A program made the translations under genes and the position numbers. This document shows, one piece after another, positions 47,236 through 57,848 of a stretch of DNA of 64,000 nucleotides (its first letter is position 1; each line of letters opens with the position of its first letter). The stretch comes from an uncultured Bacteroides sp. (GTDB taxonomy: Bacteria; Bacteroidota; Bacteroidia; Bacteroidales; Muribaculaceae). The notes beneath the pieces were generated by a model. The model was not told where the DNA came from, did not search any database, and saw only the letters and a list, made by a program, of their open reading frames with translations. The stretch is taken from NCBI GenBank assembly GCA_964487725.1, contig CAZASF010000004.1, positions 9,907 through 73,906 on the forward strand, read 5' to 3'.

Positions 47236-48620
47236 GTTCAATTGATAAGATGAGCGATACAGGCAAGTCGTCAGTCCGCATGGATTGGGGACGACTGATA
47301 TGTGACAAGCGATTCGGCTTGGAGCAATACCATGACTCAAAGCGGGGCATTCGAAGCGATTTCCTCCGAGATTATGACCGCCTTGTATTTTCATCGCCGT
47401 TTCGCAGACTCCAAAATAAGACACAGGTGTTTCCTCTTCCCGGAAGTATTTTTGTTCACAACCGGTTGACCCATAGCCTTGAAGTGGCATCCGTGGGGCG
47501 ATCGCTCGCGGCAGAGGCATGCCTGAGTCTCAGCAAAAAGTATGCCGGCGAACCCTGGGCCGATGCATTCTATGCAATCGGCGAGATAGTGATGGCCGCG
47601 TGTCTGGCCCATGACCTTGGTAACCCACCCTTCGGGCACTCGGGAGAAAAAGCCATAGCGACATATTTCAGCGAGGGTCCCGGCGCGAAGCTTAAGGATG
47701 AATTATCGGCCGAACAGTGGGCTGATCTGACTCGTTTTGAGGGTAATGCCAATACGTTCCGCCTTTTGACTCACCGTTTCAACGGTCGACGTCCCGGCGG
47801 GTTTGCCATGACATATTCTATGTTGGCCTCAATTGTGAAGTACCCGCATGAATCGTTGATGGCCGATCCGACTCATCCGAAATTTGGATTTTTCTCATCG
47901 GAGAAAGCTGATTTTATCAAGGTCGCTGATGAACTTGGTATGCTTCCGCTTCCCGGGCCGGATGGGGAGGTCAGATATGCACGCCATCCGCTGGTGTATC
48001 TTGTTGAGGCGGCCGACGATATCTGTTACGAGGTTATGGACATTGAGGATGCCCATAAGCTCGGACTTCTTCAGACACAAGAGGTTGTGGAGCGCTTTCT
48101 TGCCTTTTTCCCGAAGGAACGCCGTGAGCGCATGCTCAGTGTTATGGAAAATGTGGCTGATCCCAATGAGCGGATTTCTTACTTGAGATCCAGTGTGATA
48201 GGATGTCTTGTTGAGGTTGCTTCAACCGCTTTCATACAGCATGAGGACGAAATACTCCGGGGGCAATTCACGGGTACGCTTATTGATCATATTCCTGAAC
48301 GTGAACGTCTTGCATACGAGGGATGTAACCGCCTCTCGTGGGATAAAATTTACCGGTCGGCGGATGTGGTTGACATTGATCTTGCCGGTACGAGCATCAT
48401 TGCTTTCCTTATGGACAAGCTGATTAATGCCGTCAGAAATCCGCAGCTCAACTATTCGCAATTGCTCCTTTCAAAGGTGCCTCAGCAGTATGAAATCAAT
48501 CACCCGGACCTCTATGGTAAAATCCAGGCTGTGATTGACCATGTGTCCGGCATGACCGATGTTTATGCTCTTGACTTATATCGTAAACTCAATGGTATGA
48601 GCCTGAAAATCAACAACTGA
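47232..48620 (+). CDS. dgt: dGTP triphosphohydrolase (HD superfamily)
   Basis: RRLQNKTQVF, RLTHSLEV, HDLGNPPFGHSGE, EAADDICY. Confidence 0.95.
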   Translation: MSSIDKMSDTGKSSVRMDWGRLICDKRFGLEQYHDSKRGIRSDFLRDYDRLVFSSPFRRLQNKTQVFPLPGSIFVHNRLTHSLEVASVGRSLAAEACLSLSKKYAGEPWADAFYAIGEIVMAACLAHDLGNPPFGHSGEKAIATYFSEGPGAKLKDELSAEQWADLTRFEGNANTFRLLTHRFNGRRPGGFAMTYSMLASIVKYPHESLMADPTHPKFGFFSSEKADFIKVADELGMLPLPGPDGEVRYARHPLVYLVEAADDICYEVMDIEDAHKLGLLQTQEVVERFLAFFPKERRERMLSVMENVADPNERISYLRSSVIGCLVEVASTAFIQHEDEILRGQFTGTLIDHIPERERLAYEGCNRLSWDKIYRSADVVDIDLAGTSIIAFLMDKLINAVRNPQLNYSQLLLSKVPQQYEINHPDLYGKIQAVIDHVSGMTDVYALDLYRKLNGMSLKINN

Positions 48621-48649
48621 TAACTGCCAATAAAAACCGAGAACCGATA

Positions 48650-48835
48650 ATGGATACACTACCGTCAGATCCGGCCATTCTTCTGAGCTATCTCAACATG
48701 AAATTGCGCGATGAGTATGACACCCCCGAGACTCTATGCCGTAATCTTGACATAGAGCCCGAGGATTTTGAGAAATACATAGCCTCAAAGGGCATTTCCT
48801 ATTTTCCTGAGGGAAAACGCTTTGTGTTGGATTGA
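48650..48835 (+). CDS. DUF4250-like small protein
   Basis: LPSDPAILLSYLNMKLRDEY motif. Confidence 0.8.
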   Translation: MDTLPSDPAILLSYLNMKLRDEYDTPETLCRNLDIEPEDFEKYIASKGISYFPEGKRFVLD

Positions 48836-48842
48836 TGCAGCC

Positions 48843-51305
48843 TTAGTTCAGGGGCTTTGCCGGGTATAGGCGTTCCCACCACGATGAATCATCCTGCAGA
48901 TATTTTGCAAACCAAGCGAAGATGGTCTCCTGCCACTGCAGGCGCTTGTTGAAGTCCAGGACCTGATGGTTCGTGTCCTTGACGGCAACAAAAGCCGTTG
49001 GACGGCCGAGCCGTTTTAGAGCGGTGAACATCTGCACGCTCTCGTTGAACGGCACATTGGTATCACTATCACCGTGGAGGAAGAGCAGTGGTGTGTGGAT
49101 TTTGTCGGCGTTATAGAACGGACTCTGTTTCACATACAGTTCCTGATGGCTCCAGGGATAGCTGTTGGCCATGCAAACCTCGCTGTAGGAATATCCCCAG
49201 TAGCCAAAGCCCCAGTAACTTGAGTGTCCGCTGATACCGGCATGGGATATTGCAGCAGCAAACAGGTCGGTCTTTGTTTGCAGGTATTGAGTCATGAAGC
49301 CTCCGTAAGAAGCTCCGATACACCCTATTTTAGAGGAGTTCACCCATGAATGGGTTGCGGTGAAGTTCTTGACAGCCTCTATTATATCATCGGCAACGCC
49401 TTCGCCGGCGGTGTTGACATGACGCGATGCGAATTCCTGACCGAATCCGGCGGCTCCGCTGGGATTTACCACAAGAACAACGTAGCCGTGAGCTGCATAA
49501 AGTTGGTGAGGATAGCGGCTCTCAAGAGTGCGTGTCGTTGGGTTGCAGCCTCCGTAATAGTTGACAATCATGGGATATTTCACATCGGGATTAAAGTCGG
49601 GAGGAAGAACATAGTAGCAGCTGATTGAGTCGCCGCGCGAGCTGAGGAATTTCCATCCGTTGACATCGCCAAGTTTGATTCCGGCAAGTCGTTCGGCACT
49701 CAAATCCTCAACGAGGCTATGGCGGGCAATTTTGCGGGTGTCAAGTGAATACAGCCGGTCGGAGTTAGATGCTCCCTGACCGTAATAAACAGCTGCCGAT
49801 GAGTTGCGTGCCAATGAGAATCCGAGCACGTTCTCTTCACGGGAGTTAAGATTTTCCGTTGTGCCGGACACCGGGTTTATGCGGTAGAAATCCGTGCGGT
49901 CTCCGTTCCAGGCCTTGACATATATCATGCCGTCATTATGGTTCCATGCGAATCCTTCCACCGATGGATTGAAGTCGCGCGTAAGAGGAGTTACTTTGCC
50001 TGACGCAGTGTCAATTACGTAGAGCTGGTTGTCGGCCATGCTCGGTGTTTTCCCTTCGGGGAGATTTTTCCCGATGCTGTTGAATGCCTCCGGGGTGCCG
50101 GTTACGGCAATCATTGATGCGTCAGGCGAAAATTTAAGATTTCCGATGAATCCTTGTTTCTCGAACACGGGAGTGGTTTTTCCAGTGGTGATATCCATGA
50201 TGTAGGCCGACACGAGTTCCGATGGACGCTGTTCTACGCAGGTTTCGCTGACTCCGATAAGAATTTTATTGCCGTCACTTGAAATGTCGTACACGTAGGA
50301 GTTTCTGTTTCCGAAAGTCAAAAGCGTGGATAATCCGGTTGCTATGTCATATTTCATGAGTCGGCCGCGCTGGCGCCATCCGGGTTGGCGATCCTCGGGG
50401 TGCAGGATTTCATATAGGTCCTGTGACTTCTCCTTCGGCAGGTCCTGTTTGGCGGTGTATATGAGATAGTCAGCGTTGGGCGATAAAGTGAATTGCCTTT
50501 CAGGAAGTTTGTCAACGAGAATAGTCTCGGTTCCGTCGGTCGGGTTAATACACACGAGTCTCGTATCATTGCCGGCTTGAACGGTTTTATAAAGGATATC
50601 GGTTTTGGGCATCCATCCTATCCATCCGGAGTAGGTTGCTACGGGGCGTCCGGAACTGTATTCGGTCACTTTTGAAGTGTAGGTCTGCTTTCCTCCATCG
50701 TGGGTTTCACTATATGTGGTCAGCAGGTATTTACCCGATGGCGATAGCGACACCGAAGAGTAGCGGCGTCCCGACATCACGTCTTTCAGTGTGTACAGAC
50801 GGTCGCCTGTAGCATTGATTTTAAGGGCGGATGTGTTGGCTCCTTCAATTGTTACTTTCACGGGACAGTCTTTGGCTTCCGTAGTCAGGCATTTAACAAC
50901 TACCTCATGTGTTGCAGGAGTGAGAATCAACTTGTTGCCTTCGAGCTTCTTGCCGTCAACGAATACGGTGTATTTCTGCGGACCGTCAATCTTAAGGTTG
51001 CCTTCGAAATAATGATTGTTGTCCACGCGGAAGTCAAGGAGATGAAGCGCAGTCCCGGATGATGCCGGAATCACAGACGATGTCAGGACCTGACTTTTTC
51101 GGTTGACAGACAGAGACACCGGCGAGTCAAGAAGCGATGTAACATCGAATTTCTTGGAGTTGACATCCACACTGTCCGTCAGAAATGGATTGTTAATGGT
51201 GAAGGGGCCGCTATAGTTGAGGGCCGTGATGTTAACATTGTCGGCACTGACTCCTGTTACGGTCAGAGCAAGCCCTACAAGGAGGGAAAGTTGTCGAATA
51301 TTCAT
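48843..51305 (-). CDS. S9 family prolyl oligopeptidase/acylaminoacyl peptidase, secreted
   Basis: Signal peptide, beta-propeller repeats, GASYGG nucleophile, LHGDSDTNV, NH triad His. Confidence 0.92.
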   Translation of the reverse strand: MNIRQLSLLVGLALTVTGVSADNVNITALNYSGPFTINNPFLTDSVDVNSKKFDVTSLLDSPVSLSVNRKSQVLTSSVIPASSGTALHLLDFRVDNNHYFEGNLKIDGPQKYTVFVDGKKLEGNKLILTPATHEVVVKCLTTEAKDCPVKVTIEGANTSALKINATGDRLYTLKDVMSGRRYSSVSLSPSGKYLLTTYSETHDGGKQTYTSKVTEYSSGRPVATYSGWIGWMPKTDILYKTVQAGNDTRLVCINPTDGTETILVDKLPERQFTLSPNADYLIYTAKQDLPKEKSQDLYEILHPEDRQPGWRQRGRLMKYDIATGLSTLLTFGNRNSYVYDISSDGNKILIGVSETCVEQRPSELVSAYIMDITTGKTTPVFEKQGFIGNLKFSPDASMIAVTGTPEAFNSIGKNLPEGKTPSMADNQLYVIDTASGKVTPLTRDFNPSVEGFAWNHNDGMIYVKAWNGDRTDFYRINPVSGTTENLNSREENVLGFSLARNSSAAVYYGQGASNSDRLYSLDTRKIARHSLVEDLSAERLAGIKLGDVNGWKFLSSRGDSISCYYVLPPDFNPDVKYPMIVNYYGGCNPTTRTLESRYPHQLYAAHGYVVLVVNPSGAAGFGQEFASRHVNTAGEGVADDIIEAVKNFTATHSWVNSSKIGCIGASYGGFMTQYLQTKTDLFAAAISHAGISGHSSYWGFGYWGYSYSEVCMANSYPWSHQELYVKQSPFYNADKIHTPLLFLHGDSDTNVPFNESVQMFTALKRLGRPTAFVAVKDTNHQVLDFNKRLQWQETIFAWFAKYLQDDSSWWERLYPAKPLN

Positions 51306-51361
51306 GATTGGTCAGGATGTTTCAAAAAAAGTTGTGGTTTTGACTTTTGTCAAGGGAAATG

Positions 51362-52327
51362 TCAACGCATGCTGTAGATCCAAGCGTTGGGATTCGCTGC
51401 GGCGAATGCTGCATCGGCTTTGCGGAAATCTGACATAGCGCCAAAGTCATTGCCTGATGCTGCATACACGCGGAAGCGTCCATCGCGTTGCAGTATCTGC
51501 AGGGGATATTTCGCAGTGGAATGCATTCTCACATATCTCCGGGCTTCTTTCATTGAGGTGGCAGATGCAACTATGACATAATATTTGTCAGCGGTTCTGG
51601 TGATTTCGGCAGTTGCCTCGCGAGGATCAGGCCGGGAAATGAATATTTTGCGTCCGGCATATTTTGACTCTTCAGGCATGAATTCGGCTGAGGTTTCCGA
51701 TTTCATTACCGGTTGTAGCGATGCGAAGTCAACATTCTTAGGTGATATAGGAGTGAGCAAAGTCATGCACACTCCAACAAGAAGTGCTGCTGATGCCGCA
51801 TATTTGAGGGCTGCGATTGCAAAATTGCTGCGACGGCGCGGTTCTTCAGCCATGTCCACCTCGAGAATTACCGGTTCTTCTTCCTCTTGGTTGTAACCTG
51901 ACGCAGTTTCCGGTAAGAGCTGAATCAGGGGTAACCCACAGAACGGAAGGGCTACAAGAGGATTATCGGTAGCGGGTGTGAATTCAATTGCGCCGTATGA
52001 GACCAGTGAGAGCGAACCAATACGTGGTAAATCAATGGTTCCCTCATGGCGTAGCCGGCGCAGGATTAGCTCCACTTCTTGCTCCACGGCGTTGCGCGCG
52101 CACTCATAGCTGATGCCTTCACGGCGTGTTATAGAGCCAATCAGCATTCCGTCATCGTGGGTCAGGCTACTGTTGAATCCAAGTTCACGCGATGGGGGAG
52201 TCATGACGCTACCGTCATCGTTGAGTGACGCCGGAACATGACGTGACACGAACGCACCTAATCCCGGAATGACCACGCATTCCTGATTGACAATCAGATA
52301 CTGGATATGTTCAATAATTGAAATCAC
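51362..52327 (-). CDS. HU-like (HU-CCDC81-type) N-terminal domains + TM + SPOR-like C-terminal domain
   Basis: ECVVIPGLGAFV, FNSSLTHDDGML, IDLPRIG; central TM; YYVIVAS...AWI C-terminus; probable GTG start at 52327. Confidence 0.78.
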   Translation of the reverse strand: MISIIEHIQYLIVNQECVVIPGLGAFVSRHVPASLNDDGSVMTPPSRELGFNSSLTHDDGMLIGSITRREGISYECARNAVEQEVELILRRLRHEGTIDLPRIGSLSLVSYGAIEFTPATDNPLVALPFCGLPLIQLLPETASGYNQEEEEPVILEVDMAEEPRRRSNFAIAALKYAASAALLVGVCMTLLTPISPKNVDFASLQPVMKSETSAEFMPEESKYAGRKIFISRPDPREATAEITRTADKYYVIVASATSMKEARRYVRMHSTAKYPLQILQRDGRFRVYAASGNDFGAMSDFRKADAAFAAANPNAWIYSMR

Positions 52328-52375
52328 GGTTACAAATTTACGCAACTTTTTTCAGACAGTGGGATATTTTAACAA

Positions 52376-54268
52376 TTATTTGAGGAGGGTGGCGAGCTCG
52401 TCAGCTGGTATTGTGTTTATGATTCGATGCCCGTCGGGGGTGTAGTTTGGCGATGGAAGTTTCAGCAGTTCGCTGAGAAGATGGTCGCGTTCGGTTGCCG
52501 ACAGTTTTCGGCCGCCCTTGATTGCCGTACTTCTTGCCATTGACAGGGCTACGAAGCTTTGCCACGCTTTATTGTCGTTGGCCGGCTTGTCAGATTCCGC
52601 GTCTTCGATTATTCTTATGAGTGTTTCCTGTGGGTTTACTCCCTCAAGAACGGAAGGTTGTGCGGTGATGCTCCAGGTGTCGTCGCCGAGGAACGAAATT
52701 TCAAATCCGCATTCCTCCAGATATCCGGTTATGCTGTGGAGAATGGCGCTTTGATGCGGGGTCATATCAAACGTTTCGGGAAACATGATTCTTTGCGCCG
52801 GCACGTTTCCGGCGGTCATAACTGACTTGAATTGTTCGAAGAGAACCTTTACGTGGGCCCTGTGTTGGTCAATTACCATCACTCCGGAGGATGTCGGTGA
52901 CAGGATGTATTTGTTCTTTACCTGAATTGTAGAAACCTCCCACTCATCGGCCTCGGAATCTATATCGTCAGCTGTCAGTAATGTAGCTTCCACTCCGGCT
53001 TTCGCCGCAATGTCGGACTGTGAATCATTTGGGAGATTATCTTCGCTGTTTTCCGTGCCCATGAAGCCTTCATAGAGCTTTTCCCAATTGGAAGTGGCTC
53101 CGGTGCTTCGTAGCGAGTTGAACGACGAGCCGCGGGAGCCAGCCGATTGCCTTGGCGTTGAATGCTTGAATGGATTGTAGGAGGAGTCAATCTCAACGGA
53201 ATGGTCTCCCTCGGCATTAGGCTGGAAAACAGGTATTTCAGGAGCGTCTGTTGCGTCAAAATCTATACCTGGCACAGCGTTGAAACGTCCGAGAGCTTCA
53301 CGGACTACGGCTGTTAGTATTTGCCATATCACAGCTTCGTCCTGAAACTTGATCTCGTTTTTTGTTGGATGTATGTTGACATCGATTGATTGCGGGTCAA
53401 CGGTGAAGTTGATAAAGTAATTCGGCTGCGAATCTGAAGCCACAAGTGGCTCGTAGCAATTCATGATTGCCTTGTGGAAGTAGGGGTGACGCATGTGGCG
53501 TCCGTTGACGGTCAGATACTGCAATGCGTTACGTCGGCGGGCATGTTCGGGACGTCCGATAAATCCGTCGATTTTCACTATTGATGTCGAGGTGCTCAAT
53601 GGGAGGAGCTGTTTGTCAAGCCCCTTTCCGAATAGATCCATAATCCTCTGTTTCTGCGACGAGCCTATAAGCCGGTGGATTGTTGTGCCGTTGTTGATTA
53701 GTTCGAAATCAAGACCCGGATTTACAAGGGCCATGCGCTCGAATTCCCGCATTATTTTGGCGAACTCCACAGAATCTTTTTTCAGGAATTTTCGGCGGAC
53801 GGGGATGTTGTAGAATAGGTTTTTTACCATCAAGTTTGTCCCCGGGGAGCATGCTTCCGGTGCTTGACTCTCCACGGTTGAACCGTTGATTATAAGACGT
53901 GTGCCCAGTTCGGCTCCTTGTAGCATGGTGCGGAGGTCAATTTGTGCCACAGCGGCAATCGATGCAAGGGCCTCGCCTCGGAAACCCATGGTGTGGAGAG
54001 CGAAAAGATCATCGGCGCGCTCTATTTTCGATGTGGCATGACGTTCGAATGCCATGCGTGCATCGGTATCGCTCATCCCTTTTCCATTATCCACAACCTG
54101 AATGAGCGTTCTTCCGGCATCCTTTATGATAATCTGTATTGAGGTGGCTCCCGCATCAACAGCATTCTCAACGAGCTCTTTGACCACCGATGCGGGACGC
54201 TGTATCACCTCGCCGGCGGCAATCTGGTTTGCTACTGAATCAGGAAGTATATGTATTATATCGCTCAT
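52376..54268 (-). CDS. mutL: DNA mismatch repair protein MutL
   Basis: NQIAAGEVIQRPASVVKELVENAVDA, HATSKI, GFRGEALASI, DQHRAH. Confidence 0.98.
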   Translation of the reverse strand: MSDIIHILPDSVANQIAAGEVIQRPASVVKELVENAVDAGATSIQIIIKDAGRTLIQVVDNGKGMSDTDARMAFERHATSKIERADDLFALHTMGFRGEALASIAAVAQIDLRTMLQGAELGTRLIINGSTVESQAPEACSPGTNLMVKNLFYNIPVRRKFLKKDSVEFAKIMREFERMALVNPGLDFELINNGTTIHRLIGSSQKQRIMDLFGKGLDKQLLPLSTSTSIVKIDGFIGRPEHARRRNALQYLTVNGRHMRHPYFHKAIMNCYEPLVASDSQPNYFINFTVDPQSIDVNIHPTKNEIKFQDEAVIWQILTAVVREALGRFNAVPGIDFDATDAPEIPVFQPNAEGDHSVEIDSSYNPFKHSTPRQSAGSRGSSFNSLRSTGATSNWEKLYEGFMGTENSEDNLPNDSQSDIAAKAGVEATLLTADDIDSEADEWEVSTIQVKNKYILSPTSSGVMVIDQHRAHVKVLFEQFKSVMTAGNVPAQRIMFPETFDMTPHQSAILHSITGYLEECGFEISFLGDDTWSITAQPSVLEGVNPQETLIRIIEDAESDKPANDNKAWQSFVALSMARSTAIKGGRKLSATERDHLLSELLKLPSPNYTPDGHRIINTIPADELATLLK

Positions 54269-54292
54269 GATTTTCTTGTACTATTGGTAATG

Positions 54293-54300
54293 CAAAGTTA
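54293..54300 (-). promoter_or_regulatory. -7 promoter element of mutL
   Basis: TAACTTTG followed by CA on the minus strand. Confidence 0.7.
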
Positions 54301-54353
54301 GAAAACATGGGCCGGATTGTCAAAATCTCTTATTGACATGCTGCATGCGTCAG

Positions 54354-54408
54354 TGTCAGCAACATGTCAATAACGTGTCAGTAAGATGTTGATAAGATGC
54401 CGATGGCC
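54354..54408. repeat. Tandem 11-bp degenerate direct repeats (4 plus 1 decayed)
   Basis: TGTCAGCAACA/TGTCAATAACG/TGTCAGTAAGA/TGTTGATAAGA/TGCCGATGGCC. Confidence 0.75.
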
Positions 54409-54424
54409 CTTACGGGACCGGAGT

Positions 54425-56344
54425 CTACTCCTTCAAGGTCTTCAATTCCTTCAGCTCCTCTACTTGAACCGGAGCCGTTTTGAATTCCGGTGTCTCCGTA
54501 TTTATTGACTTTAAGGTTGGAAGTCTCATCGTATCGGTGGATCTGAGCGGTATGTCCTGTCTTTCGGCCGGTGCTTCAGGATTTGGCCGGTTGGCTTCCT
54601 TGCTCTTCTTCATATTGTCAAAAATCAATGATGGGGCATTCTTGAAAAGCTCAATCATCTCAGGCTGAATTACAAAGACATCGCCTGGCGTGCGTGGACG
54701 CAAGTCCTCGTACCATTTGAATTTCGGAAGAAAGTAGGAGCCGCGCTTTGCAAGATACAAAGGAGTTATCTTTGATGTGGTTTCCGGCCAGAAGTTTATT
54801 TTCTTTATCTGGTTATTGTCAAAGTAGGCGTCCATGTAGCTGCTCTCCACGTAGGCAAACTTATTGTAAGAGGAGTCACGCTCCATGGGGAACATGTTGA
54901 GCATAACATTACCTTCCACATATAGCCGTGTGATCACCGAATCAGCGAACCATGCCGTCATGTCAGTGCCCGAAATCTGGTTATAGCAATCCTCGGCAAT
55001 ATGTTCTGCCATAAGTCCGGTTTGCGGTAGTCGCGCCCAATCAACGGTTGAATCAGCAAGATGCACATTGATTATGTTGCCGAAAATCTGGCGTGTTCCG
55101 CTCCACACTATCGGATGACGGTACATGTACATTATGGAGTCACGTTCTGTAAGGCTCAGAGAGTCGCATATAGCCTGTATGTCGGAGCGATAAATCTTCA
55201 CGTTGTGAAACACGTTGGTCACCTTGGTGGAATCGGAGAGATCCATGTAAGCGGTTATGGAATCGCCGTGAAGATACAGTGTGTCACCCTTTGAAAACTC
55301 TTTGGCGAGAGCACGCCCGGTGACAAATGCGCTGTCGCGGACTTCATCATAAAATCCGTAGTTGCCGAAAAGTTCGCTCTGACGAGCCGAGTCTGTCAAT
55401 ACCATATTGCCGAAGGCCTCGCCATATTGCTTGACGCGGTCATAGAACAATGTGTCGCCGGTCAGGGTGTTACCTTTGTTTGTGCGTACGGTTGACCGTG
55501 AGAAAAGGTCGGCTATTCCGGAGTCGGTGTTATATATTCCGTTGGAGGTATATATTGTGCCATCGGAATTTATAATCTCACTTGGACTGGTCAGTTCAGC
55601 TATGTGTGTCGCCGTATTGTAGGTGAGAGCTTCGGTGTTAATCACCATCTTGTCATTTTTTTGCTGACTTTCCAGGTGGACATCATAGTTGAAATATGAT
55701 TGCTTTGTCTTAGGATGGTACTGCCCCTCAACGGAAGTCAGAATGTTCTGTTTGTCAGTGAGCTGGCCTCCTATATTATAATATCCTATGTCAGCGGCGA
55801 GGTCATAGTTGAAAATGTCAGTTTCGAGAGTAACATCGCGGTTTATCAGCCTTACTTTTTTCCCGGGGTCGGCAAAAAGGATGGCAAGTTGCTGCGGCCC
55901 ATCGTAGTTCAATTCATCGGCATACACGAAAAGAGTGTCGCCCTGAATCATCTTAACGTTTCCGAATGCATCAAACGAATTGGTCTTTTCAAAGAAATAG
56001 GCACTATCGCAGTACATCCACATGTCTTCCTTGCGCAATTTGACATTGCCCTTGAGTATCTGCGGGAGATCCTCGCGTGGCACTCCCGGAATCTCATCGT
56101 AAGTGAGCACGTCGGAATACTCAAGGAAAACCTTGTTGGGCTGGTTGCGGTCAACAGACGGTAACACAGGGCGTATGGGTGCATGTGGCACCGGAATTTT
56201 CCGCTTTGGAGCCTGAGTGGAGTTTGTTTTGGGTTGCTGGGAATATATTACTACAGGTAAAGAAATGACCAACGCCGCCAACATTGCTGTTAATGTTGCG
56301 CGGCGACGGTAAATTCTCTCTGACAGTCGTTTAATCAGCGTCAT
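54425..56344 (-). CDS. OstA-like (LptA/LptD N-terminal beta-jellyroll) protein
   Basis: QILKGNVKLRKEDMWMYCDSAYF, FDAFGNVKMIQGDTL and repeated jellyroll strands. Confidence 0.85.
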   Translation of the reverse strand: MTLIKRLSERIYRRRATLTAMLAALVISLPVVIYSQQPKTNSTQAPKRKIPVPHAPIRPVLPSVDRNQPNKVFLEYSDVLTYDEIPGVPREDLPQILKGNVKLRKEDMWMYCDSAYFFEKTNSFDAFGNVKMIQGDTLFVYADELNYDGPQQLAILFADPGKKVRLINRDVTLETDIFNYDLAADIGYYNIGGQLTDKQNILTSVEGQYHPKTKQSYFNYDVHLESQQKNDKMVINTEALTYNTATHIAELTSPSEIINSDGTIYTSNGIYNTDSGIADLFSRSTVRTNKGNTLTGDTLFYDRVKQYGEAFGNMVLTDSARQSELFGNYGFYDEVRDSAFVTGRALAKEFSKGDTLYLHGDSITAYMDLSDSTKVTNVFHNVKIYRSDIQAICDSLSLTERDSIMYMYRHPIVWSGTRQIFGNIINVHLADSTVDWARLPQTGLMAEHIAEDCYNQISGTDMTAWFADSVITRLYVEGNVMLNMFPMERDSSYNKFAYVESSYMDAYFDNNQIKKINFWPETTSKITPLYLAKRGSYFLPKFKWYEDLRPRTPGDVFVIQPEMIELFKNAPSLIFDNMKKSKEANRPNPEAPAERQDIPLRSTDTMRLPTLKSINTETPEFKTAPVQVEELKELKTLKE

Positions 56345-57767
56345 CTTCCGTTGAAGAGGCTGTTGCCGTTTCCTTTATCCAGCCTTTGTGAGTAAAGTCA
56401 CAGTTTCGCCATCCGTCCTCAATCCTGACGTAGGTTGCACCGATTTTCTTCTCAAGCCATTTCGTTATTATTTCCTGCCTCTGGAAATCCTCATACATGT
56501 TCTTGATTGTCTGGTAGTCGTCAGATATATTGGCGCGATGAGGATCTATGCGGTTTTTGAGTTTCACAATGGCCACTACTTCCGAGTTCAGTTTCGGATC
56601 AATCATGACAAACGGTTTTGAAATTTCGCCGGGCTGCATTTCATTGACAATCTTTGAAATTTCCTGAGGAAGCTGAGCCATTTCAAAGAGGGGAGTACCG
56701 GTCTCGGAGTTGACCATAAGGCCCTGATTGTTTTTTGTGTCCTTGTCTTGAGAAATTTCTGTGGCCTGTTCAAAGGTGAATCGCTTGTTGTCAACAATGT
56801 CGGTACGCAGGGAGTCAATGCGTGTCATTGCTTGCTCAAGATCGTTTTCGGAAACTTTCGGCTTAAGTAGGATTCGGCGGGTGTTGATGCGGTCGCCTCG
56901 CTTTTCTATAAGCTGGATAATCTCGTAGCCGTACTGGGTCTGCACAATCTTTGAAACCTTTTTAGGGTCGTTCAGGTTGAACGCCACAGCGGCATATTCC
57001 GGGTCAAGCTGGGCACGACCCATAAAGCCGGTTTCGCCACCGCGTATGGAGGTGTTCTGGTCCTCGCTGTAAAGAATGGCGAGTGTGGAGAATTCGCTTT
57101 CACCTCTGTTGACTTTGTCAGCCATGTCGCGGAGACGGGCTTTTACATCCTCAACTTCCTGACGCGGAATCACCGGGTTGAACCTGATTATTTGCACCTC
57201 AACCTGCATGGGAATGTACGGTACACTGTCCTTGGGGAGCGCATCGAAATATTTTCTGACATCTGAGGGTGTGGCAGTCACATCCTTGGTCAGATTTCGC
57301 TTCACTTCGTTGACTTTATATGAGTTGCGGACCATATCCACCATCTGTTCACGCATTTCCGACATAGGTTTGCGGAAATATTCCTCCATCTTCTCCTTGC
57401 TGCCAAGTTGGGCTATGTAGAAATTCAGGCGGGCTTCCACCTCCGACATTATTGTGGAATTTGACACTTCAACCGTGTCTATATCAGCCTGATGGAGAAA
57501 AAGCTTTTCAATGGCTATCTGCTCCGGTATAAAACAGTATGGATCACCGGGGATTGTGATATTCTCATACTGCATGTTGTTGTATTGTTCTTCGATTTCC
57601 GATTTCCATATAGGCTGGTCGCCGACCACCCATGCTACTTCTTCGGCTATATTGTTTTGCGCTGCAAGAGAGAGCGCTACAAACGCACACAATGCGGATG
57701 TTAATAGTCTTAATGATTTCACTCGTATTGGAATTAATGAATGCTCAATTACTTTTTTCGAGGCCAA
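56331..57767 (-). CDS. surA: SurA-like peptidyl-prolyl isomerase/chaperone
   Basis: EVAWVVGDQPI SurA-N; FSTLAILYSED, GGETG, TQYGYEII rotamase; true start possibly GTG 57722. Confidence 0.88.
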   Translation of the reverse strand: MASKKVIEHSLIPIRVKSLRLLTSALCAFVALSLAAQNNIAEEVAWVVGDQPIWKSEIEEQYNNMQYENITIPGDPYCFIPEQIAIEKLFLHQADIDTVEVSNSTIMSEVEARLNFYIAQLGSKEKMEEYFRKPMSEMREQMVDMVRNSYKVNEVKRNLTKDVTATPSDVRKYFDALPKDSVPYIPMQVEVQIIRFNPVIPRQEVEDVKARLRDMADKVNRGESEFSTLAILYSEDQNTSIRGGETGFMGRAQLDPEYAAVAFNLNDPKKVSKIVQTQYGYEIIQLIEKRGDRINTRRILLKPKVSENDLEQAMTRIDSLRTDIVDNKRFTFEQATEISQDKDTKNNQGLMVNSETGTPLFEMAQLPQEISKIVNEMQPGEISKPFVMIDPKLNSEVVAIVKLKNRIDPHRANISDDYQTIKNMYEDFQRQEIITKWLEKKIGATYVRIEDGWRNCDFTHKGWIKETATASSTEDDAD

Positions 57768-57848
57768 AAGTACGAAATTTTAGTCACACCGCGATATATA
57801 TTGTGCTAAAATAGCATAATATCAGCAAAAAAGCATGCCTATGTCATG

